Of a DNA stretch of 64,000 nucleotides, positions 21,112 through 30,640 are shown piece by piece. This DNA is from Candidatus Algichlamydia australiensis (GTDB lineage: Bacteria; Chlamydiota; Chlamydiia; Chlamydiales; JAJFMI01), in contig JAXCHI010000003.1 of NCBI GenBank assembly GCA_033977065.1, forward strand, positions 32,001-96,000, written 5' to 3'. Numbering within the stretch: position 1 is the stretch's first letter; each line of letters begins with the position of its first letter. The notes beneath the pieces are model-generated. The model saw only the letters and a program-made list of their open reading frames with translations. It made no database searches and was not told the origin of the DNA. Both the position numbers and the translations under genes were made by a program.

Positions 21112-21143
21112 AGAGCTTTAGCTAAAAGCTAAAGCTATTTTTA
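21112..21143 (+). terminator. Probable intrinsic terminator
   Basis: AGCTTTAGCT-AAA-AGCTAAAGCT followed by ATTTTTATT. Confidence 0.55.
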
Positions 21144-21176
21144 TTAAAAATAAGAAAATTGCTATTCTCGCGGGAT

Positions 21177-21503
21177 TTAGAACACAATTAAATATTTTTT
21201 TTTGACTGGATTACTCCAATCTAAAATATCCTTGTCAATATTGAAAATTTGTACTTTGCACTGTTTGCATGTCGCCTTGCCCCCACAAGGAGACGGCACT
21301 GCGATGCCTTGCGACAAGAGTGCTGAAAGCAGCGTCTGTCCTGCTGGCACCTCTTTTGTAAGCTCCTCATCCTCATTAATCTTTAATTTGCAGGGTTTTG
21401 TCGATACAAGATAGCGTCTTACACCCAAGATCATAAAGGAGAGTATGAGGCCAATGCCCACAAAACTAAGCGAACTAATAAGGAGCAGTGTCAGGTCCAT
21501 CAC
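21177..21503 (-). pseudogene. nqrF: Truncated duplicate of the nqrF 5' end (~95 homologous codons)
   Basis: 21253-21503 near-identical to 18220-18470 (offset 3033), then ~10 diverged codons, then unrelated sequence to a stop. Confidence 0.92.
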
Positions 21504-21555
21504 TTACTAATAAAACATTAACTAGTTAGTCGACAACTCTGATAGGATTATTTTC

Positions 21556-21645
21556 ACCGCTAAATTCAGCTTTCCGAATCTAGCGGGGAATTTTCTTCTT
21601 CCATTAAGTACCGCTAAATTCTGTTTTCCGAATCTAGCGGTACTT
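21556..21645. repeat. Two tandem REP-like hairpins, 54-bp period
   Basis: ACCGCTAAATTC.G.TTTCCGAATCTAGCGG at 21556 and 21610. Confidence 0.8.
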
Positions 21646-21679
21646 TTTTCAAAAGAAAGTAAGTGTATTTTTTAGTTGG

Positions 21680-21708
21680 TTGACAGGCTTCATAGGATAG
21701 GGTACACT
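21680..21708 (+). promoter_or_regulatory. Sigma66-type promoter of the transporter-htpG operon
   Basis: TTGACA-N17-TACACT. Confidence 0.65.
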
Positions 21709-21736
21709 TTTTCAAAGTAATCAAACTTAAACTACT

Positions 21737-23122
21737 ATGAAACAACCCCGTGAACATTGGGGCAGCCGGCTTGGCCTAATCTTAGCTGCTGCTGGATCGG
21801 CCGTTGGTCTTGGAAGCGTTTGGCGTTTCCCCTACATTGTTGGAGAAAATGGCGGTGGCGCTTTTGTTCTTCTCTATATTATTTTTACTTTAATCTTAGG
21901 CATCCCCGTCTTTATTTCTGAGGTCATCATCGGCCGCAGATCGCAAAAAGGACCTATTCAAGCCTATTCCGATCTACGCCCTCAATCGCAAAACTGGAAG
22001 ATGGTCGGTTGGCTAAATATGTTCACCTGCTTTTTAATCATTTCCTATTACTGTGTCATTGCCGGCTGGTGTACCAGCTATATTTTGATGTCTCTCGGAC
22101 AATTCTGGCAAGGGAAAGATCCTACGCAGGTAAGAGAAGTTTTTAGCATTCTTGCCAACTCTTCCGATATCAGCATTTTCTGGCTCTTTATCTACATCAT
22201 GCTCAATATCGGTATTGTTCTCGCTGGTATTCGTAAGGGAATTGAACACTGGAGCCGTATTTTAATGCCCGCTTTTGTTGTCATTCTCCTCGGACTTTTT
22301 GGTTATAGCATGTTTTTAAAGGGCTTCCCCGAAGCATTTAAATTTGTTTTATATCCTGATTTCTCAAAGCTTTCTGCGCATGGAATATTAGAGGCTCTCG
22401 GTATGGCCTTCTTTACGCTGAGCGTTGGCCTTGGTATTATTTTGACCTACGGTAGCTACATGAAAGAGAGTGAAGATGTACCAAAAATGGGCTTTACTGT
22501 GGCAGGTTTAACAATTGCTATCTCGATTATTTCAGCTCTTGTTATTTTCCCGATTGTCTTCACATACAATCTACCAAGTCAGGGAGGGCCTGGACTCATT
22601 TTTCAAACCATGCCTGTGATCTTCTCCCAAATGCCAGGAGCGATCTTTTTCTCAACAATTTTCTTTATTCTCATCGTTTTCATTGCATTAACCTCATCGA
22701 TCTCTCTTTTAGAAGTCTTGGTAGCAAATTTGATTGAAAACTTTAAGCTCTCACGCAATAAGGCTGTCCTCTACGCTGGAATAGGGATCTTCCTTCTTGG
22801 CATCCCTTGCGCTCTGTCCTCTTCTGGCGCTCTTTTCGGAAGTTGGAATGCGATTTACGGCAGAAACTTTTTAGAAACTCTTGACCACTTGACTGCAAAC
22901 TGGATGATGCCTTTCGCAGGGCTTTTCGCCATCCTATTTGTGGGCTGGTTTTTGGATAAAAAATTGGTTTACGATGAGTTTACAAGCGGCACAACACTGC
23001 AAAAGCTCTTTCCCATCTGGCGCTTCTCTGTGCGCTGGATCGCCCCAGCTGCTGTGATCGTGATCATTTTGCAAGAAGCTGGTATTGTTCATATTGAAAA
23101 ACTTTTAACCCTTTTTAATTAA
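21737..23122 (+). CDS. Sodium-dependent transporter, NSS/SNF family
   Basis: REHWGSR..AAAGSAVGLGSVWRFPY..GGGAF signature. Confidence 0.93.
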   Translation: MKQPREHWGSRLGLILAAAGSAVGLGSVWRFPYIVGENGGGAFVLLYIIFTLILGIPVFISEVIIGRRSQKGPIQAYSDLRPQSQNWKMVGWLNMFTCFLIISYYCVIAGWCTSYILMSLGQFWQGKDPTQVREVFSILANSSDISIFWLFIYIMLNIGIVLAGIRKGIEHWSRILMPAFVVILLGLFGYSMFLKGFPEAFKFVLYPDFSKLSAHGILEALGMAFFTLSVGLGIILTYGSYMKESEDVPKMGFTVAGLTIAISIISALVIFPIVFTYNLPSQGGPGLIFQTMPVIFSQMPGAIFFSTIFFILIVFIALTSSISLLEVLVANLIENFKLSRNKAVLYAGIGIFLLGIPCALSSSGALFGSWNAIYGRNFLETLDHLTANWMMPFAGLFAILFVGWFLDKKLVYDEFTSGTTLQKLFPIWRFSVRWIAPAAVIVIILQEAGIVHIEKLLTLFN

Positions 23123-23124
23123 TT

Positions 23125-24888
23125 ATGAGTAAAAGTACGCTAAAAATTCACAGTGAAAATATTTTACCCATTATCAAAAAATGGCTCTATACTGATCGCG
23201 ACATTTTCCTACGCGAGCTAGTTTCAAACTCTTGCGATGCCATTTCAAAGTGTAAGGTTTTGGGTATTTCGGACGATTTTCGTATCGATATTACGATTTC
23301 TAAGGAGGGCAAGTCTCTTCTGATTTCCGATAATGGAATTGGAATGAGCGCCCAGGAAGTAAAAAAATATATTGCGCAGATCGCTTTCTCCGGTGCAGAA
23401 GATTTTCTTGAAAAATATGAGAACGCAGAGAGTTCTGATGCAATCATTGGGCACTTTGGCCTCGGCTTCTACTCTTCGTTTATGGTCGCGGACAAGGTTG
23501 AAATTGATACCCTCTCTCATAAAGAGAAGTCTAAAGCAGCCCACTGGAGCTGCGATGGGGGAATCGATTATGAGTTAACAGAAGGGACGCGCGACACACG
23601 TGGAACAGCGATCACACTTCACTTAAATGAGGAAAACCATGAGTTCTTAGAAGAGGATAAGCTGCGTGCTATCCTTTCCAAATATTGCAGCTTCCTCCCC
23701 TACCCTCTCTATTTGGAAGGCAAGCAGATTAATGAAAAAGAGCCTCTCTACACAAAGCCTGCAGCAGAGTGCACAGATGAGGAGTATTTAGACTTTTATC
23801 GACAACTCCACCCGATGGAACCCGATCCCATTTTCTGGGTCCATCTCAATGTTGACTACCCGTTTAATTTAAAAGGAATTTTGTATTTCCCTAAGGTGGA
23901 TCGCCGCTTTGACCCTGCTAAGCCGCAGATTCAGCTCTACTGCAATCGCGTCTTTGTCTCCGATAATTTGCGCGACCTTCTTCCCGACTATTTGACCATT
24001 TTACGCGGCGCTATTGACAGTCCCGATATTCCTTTGAATGTTTCGCGTAGCAGTTTGCAGATGGATCGCACAGTGCGCCAGCTTGGTTCACACATCGCCA
24101 AGAAGCTTGCTGATAAGCTAAAAGATTTAATGGAGAATGAGCGCGAGCGTTATGAGACGATTTGGCCCGACCTTGAAACCATTTTAAAAATTGGAAGCTT
24201 GCAAGATGAAAAATTTTATGAGCGTTTAGCTGACCTACTTCTCTGGAAAGATTTAGAGGGAAATTTTGCTCCTCTCAATAAGGATCAGGAAAAGGTTTAC
24301 TACACAACAGATCCTCATGCAAAGAGTTTAGAGCTCTACAAAGAGAAAAAAATTCCTGTACTGATCAGCGAAAGTCCTCTCAACACCCCTTTTATCCAAC
24401 TGCTTGAACGCAAGCACTCCCCTCTAAAGTTTCACCGTGTGGATGGAACGATCGACGAGGCAATTTTGGACAAGGAGCGAGAAAAAACGGTTCTTGATGA
24501 AGAGGGAAAAACAGAGGCTTCTCATATTGCCGACTTTTTCCGCACGCACCTTGGCAGTGACCAGCTGGAAGTCGAAGCCAAAAGCTTGGCTTCAGATGAG
24601 CTTCCTGCAATGCTCTTAATTGATGAAAACATGCGTCGCATCCGCGATGCGATGGCTCTTTCTCAAGAGAAGATGGCGGGATTCCCAGAAAAGCAGCGCT
24701 TTATTCTCAATACCAACTCCCCTCTTATTGCTCGGATCTTTGCTAAGAGCAAGGAGAGTCCTGAGCTTGGCAAAGAGCTTGCTCTTCACCTTCTCGAGAT
24801 GACGCGTCTCTCTCAAAAAGAGCTGCAACCTGGTGATCTACCAAAATTGATTGAAAGAAATACAAAACTGCTGGAAAAACTAATCTAA
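23125..24888 (+). CDS. htpG: Molecular chaperone HtpG (Hsp90)
   Basis: FLRELVSN, DNGIGM, IGHFGLGFYSSF, PLNVSR. Confidence 0.95.
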   Translation: MSKSTLKIHSENILPIIKKWLYTDRDIFLRELVSNSCDAISKCKVLGISDDFRIDITISKEGKSLLISDNGIGMSAQEVKKYIAQIAFSGAEDFLEKYENAESSDAIIGHFGLGFYSSFMVADKVEIDTLSHKEKSKAAHWSCDGGIDYELTEGTRDTRGTAITLHLNEENHEFLEEDKLRAILSKYCSFLPYPLYLEGKQINEKEPLYTKPAAECTDEEYLDFYRQLHPMEPDPIFWVHLNVDYPFNLKGILYFPKVDRRFDPAKPQIQLYCNRVFVSDNLRDLLPDYLTILRGAIDSPDIPLNVSRSSLQMDRTVRQLGSHIAKKLADKLKDLMENERERYETIWPDLETILKIGSLQDEKFYERLADLLLWKDLEGNFAPLNKDQEKVYYTTDPHAKSLELYKEKKIPVLISESPLNTPFIQLLERKHSPLKFHRVDGTIDEAILDKEREKTVLDEEGKTEASHIADFFRTHLGSDQLEVEAKSLASDELPAMLLIDENMRRIRDAMALSQEKMAGFPEKQRFILNTNSPLIARIFAKSKESPELGKELALHLLEMTRLSQKELQPGDLPKLIERNTKLLEKLI

Positions 24889-24906
24889 TAATACTATTGA
24901 TAAGGA

Positions 24907-26094
24907 GTGAGAAACCTCCTTATCATAATTATATTTCCCGTTATTCTACTTGCAAAAGTAGGAAATCCTTCCGCAGTTACACTTACTTGGATCTCCGACC
25001 CCTCAAGCACCATGACTATCTCATGGCATACTCCCTCCAATCGCTATCCTTCATATATCCATTACCGTGAAGTCGGAAAAAGTGATTGGACAACCCGCCT
25101 CGCTTCTAGCAAAACTCCTTCAGGCTATCTCACAGTCCGCAGGACTACTTTGCAAAATTTAAAGCCCGGACACTCCTATGAGTTTCGCATTGATGATGCT
25201 ACGGAATCCTACGCGTTTAAGACTCTTTCCGCTGATTCCAAAGCCCCCCTAAATTTTGCTATTGGTGGTGATGTCTACCGCTCTTTTGCCCTCTATAAAA
25301 AAATGATGGATACGGTTGCAAAAAAGAGTCCACAGTTCGTGATTTTAGGTGGGGATATTGCGTATACTCTTCGCTCTCCTTACTTTATTCATACAAAACG
25401 TTTTGAGTTAAAACGCTGGCACACTTTTTTCAATGAGTGGTCAAAACGCATGGTGGATCGCGACGGCTATCTCATTCCTCTTGTGATTGTCCCCGGGAAC
25501 CACGATGTGAATGGCCCTCCAACATCTCATATAACACGCGACACTCTCTACTACGACTTTGTTCCTCTTCAGGTCGAGGGGCGCACCTACTCAGCGGTTG
25601 ATTTTACCCCTCTCTTTAGCCTCTTTATCCTTGATACGGGACATGGGGCGCCAGTAGAGGGCGCGCAGACTGAATGGCTCTCAAAAGCATTAAAGGAGCG
25701 CGAAAGCGTCCCCTTAAAAATTGCTGTTTATCACGAAGCGGCCTACCCTGCCTACTATCTGCCTGATAGTCGAAATTCCAAAAAAATGCGCCGCTACTGG
25801 ACCCCTCTCTTTGATGAGTATCACCTCAATCTTGCGTTTGAAAATGACAACCACACCTACAAAAGAACTCATCCCATTAAAAATCAACAGATTGACCCTT
25901 CAGGAACTCTCTATCTAGGAGATGGCGCCTGGGGTGTCGATGCGCGTCGTCCTAAAAGCCCTGCTCAACTCTGGTATCTCGCTAAGAGCCAGCAGATCAA
26001 CCATTTCTATATGATTCACTATTCAGCTCCTAATCTTCAGGTTGAAAGTTACGATATTAAGGGAAAAATCATAGAAAACATCGCAATTCCCTGA
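24907..26094 (+). CDS. Secreted purple-acid-phosphatase-like metallophosphoesterase with FN3-like N-domain
   Basis: GGDVY, GGDIAY, GNHD motifs; signal peptide. Confidence 0.85.
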   Translation: MRNLLIIIIFPVILLAKVGNPSAVTLTWISDPSSTMTISWHTPSNRYPSYIHYREVGKSDWTTRLASSKTPSGYLTVRRTTLQNLKPGHSYEFRIDDATESYAFKTLSADSKAPLNFAIGGDVYRSFALYKKMMDTVAKKSPQFVILGGDIAYTLRSPYFIHTKRFELKRWHTFFNEWSKRMVDRDGYLIPLVIVPGNHDVNGPPTSHITRDTLYYDFVPLQVEGRTYSAVDFTPLFSLFILDTGHGAPVEGAQTEWLSKALKERESVPLKIAVYHEAAYPAYYLPDSRNSKKMRRYWTPLFDEYHLNLAFENDNHTYKRTHPIKNQQIDPSGTLYLGDGAWGVDARRPKSPAQLWYLAKSQQINHFYMIHYSAPNLQVESYDIKGKIIENIAIP

Positions 26095-26172
26095 TAATCA
26101 ATAACTAAAATATTTGTTTAATAAATATCCGATATAATATAATTAATATTAGGTTAATAGAGAGTTAATAAA

Positions 26173-27714
26173 ATGTCAGATCGAGACTATAATATTAAAG
26201 GGGCTATTGATGTTCTCTACGTGGACCCCACAAAGATTTTAGAAGAGGACCGACGCCATATCGAGATCGCCAATGTGGTTGATCGGATGCTCCATAATAA
26301 GATTCTGCCGGAGCTTTTTCAGAACGCAGAAGAAACGTCTGATTTTGCTATTGAGGTAACCCGAAACTCGCTTACTTTAAACGGGCAAGAGGTTAAAAAT
26401 CTCACTCATACGTTTGTTCCCAAAAGTCCTCTTGAAAAAAGACAGGTCCGACAACTTACAAAAGATATACGCGCTATTATGCGCCTTGTTGATGCCTCCT
26501 TTTCAAAACTTAAAGAACAACCCACAAATATTTTTGCATCTTCTTTAGAACTTGAAGAGCTCTTTGTAGAAGAAGCAATTCCTGTAGAGGCAGATCTTCC
26601 CTCTGATGAGGTGCGCTTCCATTTTGGAGATGTGGGAGAGATTCTTGAAGCTGTAGCAGAAGATGACGAGGGTGGAATTGAATATAGGAATTATTTAGCG
26701 CTTGAAACGGAGTTAAACGATAAGCTTGCCGCCATTGCCGATCTTCGTGAAGAGCTTGTGACAACAAAAGCTCGGAACCGTGAAACAATCGCTAGCCCAG
26801 ATGACAGCGTGCAAATTGAGAATTTAAGGCATGAGTTCGAGACGACAAAAGCCCAGGCTAGTGAAACGATCACTCAGTTACAAGAAGAGATCACACAATT
26901 AAAAGAGCTATCTCAAGCTAACCCATCACGCGCCTCAGAGCTTGATGAGCTAGACGGTGAATTTTCTGAAAATGAATTGCTCCCTCATGACTCCTTATTG
27001 TTTTCCGATGATGAAGAGAGTTTTTTTGGGGAAATAGAAGCTGATCAGCTATCAGAGTTAGAAGAAGCAAAAAGAAGGCTCTCTGATCAACAAGAGCAAC
27101 TGAGTAGACTACAAGACTCTTTAATGAAAGAACATGGAAAGTTCGTTGCTACTCAAGCTGCGCTTAAAGCTGCTCAAAAGGTTTCTGTTCCGTTGGTTCC
27201 CTCCCTTGATCAAAGCAAAATACATGACTTAAAAGATGAATTGGACGCTACTCGGGATCATCTCACCGGTAATATTGAAAGGTTGGACAGTTTGAAAAGA
27301 GCTTTGGATAACGCGCGAAATGAAAAAGAAGAGTTGCAAGCAAAGGTGAATAACCTTGAGAGCCAACGTAACGATAGAGAAAATCAAATTACTTTTCTTC
27401 GCAAACAGCAGGAAAATCACGTCAGAACTGCTGAAGAGTTAAAAAAGAGAGAAGCGGAGCTAGCGCAATTAGAGAGAGATTTTGCATTTGCAAAAGACGC
27501 TGTTGAACAGTTGGATCGCCGAAATGTGGAACTAGGATACGCACTAGATGCGTCTCAAAAAGCTAAGCAAGCTTGGAAAGAAGAGAGAGAGGCGCTACTT
27601 GAGTCGAACAGATTCGAAAAGAAGGCCATCTCGCAATTGTTTCAATCTTTGCAAGAATCCGAAGAGCTTCCACTAAGCCTTCGTGGACGCCTCGCTTGCA
27701 TCAGTTGTAGCTGA
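26173..27714 (+). CDS. Large acidic coiled-coil hypothetical protein
   Basis: 513-aa ORF, extended heptad repeats; overlaps yajC 3' end convergently. Confidence 0.7.
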   Translation: MSDRDYNIKGAIDVLYVDPTKILEEDRRHIEIANVVDRMLHNKILPELFQNAEETSDFAIEVTRNSLTLNGQEVKNLTHTFVPKSPLEKRQVRQLTKDIRAIMRLVDASFSKLKEQPTNIFASSLELEELFVEEAIPVEADLPSDEVRFHFGDVGEILEAVAEDDEGGIEYRNYLALETELNDKLAAIADLREELVTTKARNRETIASPDDSVQIENLRHEFETTKAQASETITQLQEEITQLKELSQANPSRASELDELDGEFSENELLPHDSLLFSDDEESFFGEIEADQLSELEEAKRRLSDQQEQLSRLQDSLMKEHGKFVATQAALKAAQKVSVPLVPSLDQSKIHDLKDELDATRDHLTGNIERLDSLKRALDNARNEKEELQAKVNNLESQRNDRENQITFLRKQQENHVRTAEELKKREAELAQLERDFAFAKDAVEQLDRRNVELGYALDASQKAKQAWKEEREALLESNRFEKKAISQLFQSLQESEELPLSLRGRLACISCS

Positions 27715-28029
27715 GCCCACATGGACTTCTGAGATTGCCCCTTTCAAAACTTCGATTTTAGCGCCATCAACCATGCTCAAAATAACTGTCTTTTCCCCAA
27801 TTTTGTGAATCGTGCCAACGATTCCCATTGCAGTTACTCGATCCCCTTTTTGCATTGCATCGCGCTGCTCAGCCATTTTTTTGCGACGCTTCTGCTCCGG
27901 TCTGAAGAGCAAAAAGTAGAAAAAGACAACAGAAAGACCCAAGAAGATCAGAACTTGCGACCAGTTTTGTTGTGGGGCTGCACCACTATTTCCAAGAAAA
28001 GAGAAGGTTGCCAGTATATTGTCCATCAT
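27673..28029 (-). CDS. yajC: Preprotein translocase subunit YajC
   Basis: FFYFLLFRPEQKRRK, KGDRVTAMGIVGTI. Confidence 0.93.
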   Translation of the reverse strand: MMDNILATFSFLGNSGAAPQQNWSQVLIFLGLSVVFFYFLLFRPEQKRRKKMAEQRDAMQKGDRVTAMGIVGTIHKIGEKTVILSMVDGAKIEVLKGAISEVHVGSATTDASEASTKA

Positions 28030-28655
28030 AAGATCACCAAGTTTGATTTTTCTCTATTGTACTCCCTTCCTTCCCTAGAATCAAGGAATTCTTCCAATGT
28101 TTTTGACTTAAAAAAAACATTTTTTGATGGGTGGGTGTTTACGTTCTCTTTTGCATCCAGAAGAGCGTAAGGGTTTTTTTCTAGTCCAATCGCCTTCTTC
28201 ACATAGGGGGCAAGCGCAATGGGCCAAAAACCGGCTCCACACTCTGGAACAATTAAAAGCGTCTCTTTGTTTAGGGTCTCTACTTGTTTCAAAAATTGTG
28301 TTTCAATTTCACAAATATTTTCTGGAAAAGGTGTAGCAGGACTAAAGCAAAATGTCATGGGTTCAGGTAGATGAAGAGTCTCATGAATCCACTCAGGCCC
28401 AGCGAGATGCATTTCAGAAAATGCGCTTGTTTGCGAAATAATATGCAGAAAAATAGCGAGAGGATCGCTAGTTGTGGCAAGAAGTGTCGTACAAAAGCGA
28501 TCAATTTGCGTCTGCGTTAATCCAGATTGGGCGGAGACGCTAAGAATCGCCATCTTTTCCTGCGTGCGCTTTGCCTCTCGCAATTCAAGATTTTGTATGA
28601 TTCCGCGACCTACTGCCGTGATTTCATGTTTAGCTTGTTCTTTCCAGGTACTCAA
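28026..28655 (-). CDS. Truncated/degenerate RlmD/TrmA-like RNA methyltransferase remnant
   Basis: ECGAGFWPIALAPYVKKAIGLE...DAKEN resembles SAM motifs I-II; position between yajC and hctA matches the Chlamydia ygcA slot; C-terminal catalytic part absent. Confidence 0.6.
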   Translation of the reverse strand: MSTWKEQAKHEITAVGRGIIQNLELREAKRTQEKMAILSVSAQSGLTQTQIDRFCTTLLATTSDPLAIFLHIISQTSAFSEMHLAGPEWIHETLHLPEPMTFCFSPATPFPENICEIETQFLKQVETLNKETLLIVPECGAGFWPIALAPYVKKAIGLEKNPYALLDAKENVNTHPSKNVFFKSKTLEEFLDSREGREYNREKSNLVIL

Positions 28656-28709
28656 GCCTTGGATTATAGAGAAATCCCCTAGATTTTTCCAGGGGATTAA
28701 AAACTTTAT

Positions 28710-29105
28710 CTACCGTGGCTGTGCCCAGCGCTTGTTGTAGTTAGCACGGGTTGGGCTGATTGTCTCCGCTTTCTTGCGCAAGATCTCGGCCATCTTATTC
28801 ATCCGCGTCTCGTTTGAAAAGTTTACGGGTACATCACCATGATCGAGCTTCTCTGCCCAGATCAGAAGGCTTTGAAGAGAATCTTTTAACTCTCCTCCAA
28901 GCATAATATTTGTTTGAAAACGAGCGAAGTCCAAGAGGAAGATCAGTCGTGGAACTAGTCCCTCAATATGCTCGTCACAAGAATCTTTTAGCTCCTTCTC
29001 ATACTCTTTTAAAAAGGCGCCAAACTCTTTGTCGATGTCGATATCTGGAGCCTTCTTAATTAAGTTGTCCAGTGCACGCATCATATGTTGATGACTCTCT
29101 GCCAT
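28710..29105 (-). CDS. Hypothetical protein
   Basis: 131-aa ORF with GGAGG RBS. Confidence 0.65.
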   Translation of the reverse strand: MAESHQHMMRALDNLIKKAPDIDIDKEFGAFLKEYEKELKDSCDEHIEGLVPRLIFLLDFARFQTNIMLGGELKDSLQSLLIWAEKLDHGDVPVNFSNETRMNKMAEILRKKAETISPTRANYNKRWAQPR

Positions 29106-29120
29106 TCTTCCTCCAGAGGT

Positions 29121-29160
29121 AAAGTAAAGCAGACATCTCGGTTCGAGATGTCTGCTTTAC
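29121..29160 (-). terminator. Intrinsic terminator after hctA
   Basis: 17-bp perfect stem GTAAAGCAGACATCTCG/CGAGATGTCTGCTTTAC followed by T residues on the minus strand. Confidence 0.75.
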
Positions 29161-29168
29161 AGATTTGT

Positions 29169-29693
29169 TTATCTTTTAGTTTTTCTTCTTGTCGTTTTTC
29201 TTTTAGCAGCTGTTTTTCTTTTTGCTGGTGCTTTTTTCTTTGCAACTGTTTTTCTCTTTGCCGGCGCTTTTCTCTTAGCTGTTGTTTTCTTCTTAGCTGT
29301 GGTCTTTCTCTTCGCTGGTGCTTTTTTCTTCGCAGCTGTTTTTCTTTTTGTTGTTGTCTTCTTCTTAGCAGCAGTCTTTCTCTTCGCTGGTGCTTTTTTC
29401 TTTGCAACTGTTTTTCTCTTTGCCGGCGCTTTTCTCTTAGCTGTTGTCTTCTTAGCAGCTGTCTTTTTCTTCGCTGGCTTTTTCTTTGCTGCTACCTTGG
29501 TTTTCTTTAAAGAACCATTTTTTGCTGCAGCAACAGACTCTTTGCGGAAAGTCTTTGCAAGTTTTGCAAATTTGATGGTATTTGTGCGCATGCGCTGGCA
29601 AGCAGCTTTGTTACCGCAGCATCCTTTTGTCAAATCTTTTGCCATTTGATCGAGCATCTTGCCCATCTTTGCCATTGTATCTTTTAGTGCCAC
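29169..29693 (-). CDS. hctA: Histone H1-like protein Hc1 with extended Lys/Ala/Arg repeat tail
   Basis: (M)ALKDT...GNKAACQRMRTNTIKFAK...FRKES Hc1 N-domain; GTG start after GGAGGAG. Confidence 0.9.
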   Translation of the reverse strand: MALKDTMAKMGKMLDQMAKDLTKGCCGNKAACQRMRTNTIKFAKLAKTFRKESVAAAKNGSLKKTKVAAKKKPAKKKTAAKKTTAKRKAPAKRKTVAKKKAPAKRKTAAKKKTTTKRKTAAKKKAPAKRKTTAKKKTTAKRKAPAKRKTVAKKKAPAKRKTAAKRKTTRRKTKR

Positions 29694-29842
29694 CTTCTCC
29701 TCCAATAATTCTTAATTTTTAGAATAGTTGCCTATCCTTAATGTTAGTGGTTACTTCTTTGAATAATTTTTATCATTAAATTGTGCAAGCATTTTTTAAA
29801 TAAAAGATGTCTAAAAAAGGCGTTTCGATTAAATTAGGGATA

Positions 29843-30640
29843 ATGATTTGTTATGTAAATGGCTTATACACAGATGATCCTAAAATTTCCGGATTCGATC
29901 TCGGAGTACTGCGTGGGCTAGGAATTTTTGATTACTTCATTACTTATGATCGCACTCCTTTTCACTTTTCTGATCATTTTTTGCGTCTAAAAAAAAATGC
30001 TGAAAAAGTTCGTATTAAATTGCCGCACACTGAAAAGGAAGTGCGCGCAATTGTGGATGAATTAATGCAACAAAATCCGAACGGAGAACTCGCTTTCCGT
30101 ATGGTGCTTACAGCGGGCTCAAAAAGAGAGTCGCATTTCATGATTCTTGTTACTGAGATTGACCGCCCCGACCCCACCTATTATCAAACTGGTGTGAAGC
30201 TCCAAACAGCTATTATCCCTCGCGTCTATCCCGACATTAAGTCTCTTTTTTATATGCCTGCTATACTCGCTCTGAATGAGGCACAAACAATGGGGTTTTT
30301 TGAGGTTTTAGGAAAAACGGAGGCGGGGCAAATTTTAGAAGCCTCGACTGCAAACTTTTTTGCCTACCTTGATGGTAAGCTTTTAACACCAGCTCAAGGT
30401 GTTTTGCCAGGAATTACACGAAAAATTATAAAAAACCTTTCACCTGTCTGTGAGAAAGCGCTCCATATTGAAGATATCCCCCGCTTTGAAGAGGCTTTTC
30501 TCTCATCAACAAACAAAGAGATTTTGCCTGTGGTGCAGATTGACAACCAGATTATTGGTGATGGAAGACCGGGGCCAAGGACCAAACAGCTGCACGAGGC
30601 GTATCAAAAATCCATTCGCCCTTTGATTGTCAGCCCGTGA
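29843..30640 (+). CDS. Class IV aminotransferase (IlvE/Dat/PabC-like)
   Basis: DLGVLRGLGIFD, EASTANFF, LPGITR, EAFLSST..EILPV. Confidence 0.88.
   Translation: MICYVNGLYTDDPKISGFDLGVLRGLGIFDYFITYDRTPFHFSDHFLRLKKNAEKVRIKLPHTEKEVRAIVDELMQQNPNGELAFRMVLTAGSKRESHFMILVTEIDRPDPTYYQTGVKLQTAIIPRVYPDIKSLFYMPAILALNEAQTMGFFEVLGKTEAGQILEASTANFFAYLDGKLLTPAQGVLPGITRKIIKNLSPVCEKALHIEDIPRFEEAFLSSTNKEILPVVQIDNQIIGDGRPGPRTKQLHEAYQKSIRPLIVSP

Noticed and set aside
29081..29649. Overlapping Arg/Gln-rich and Phe/Cys-rich ORFs
   Set aside because: Frame shadows of the hctA repeat tail
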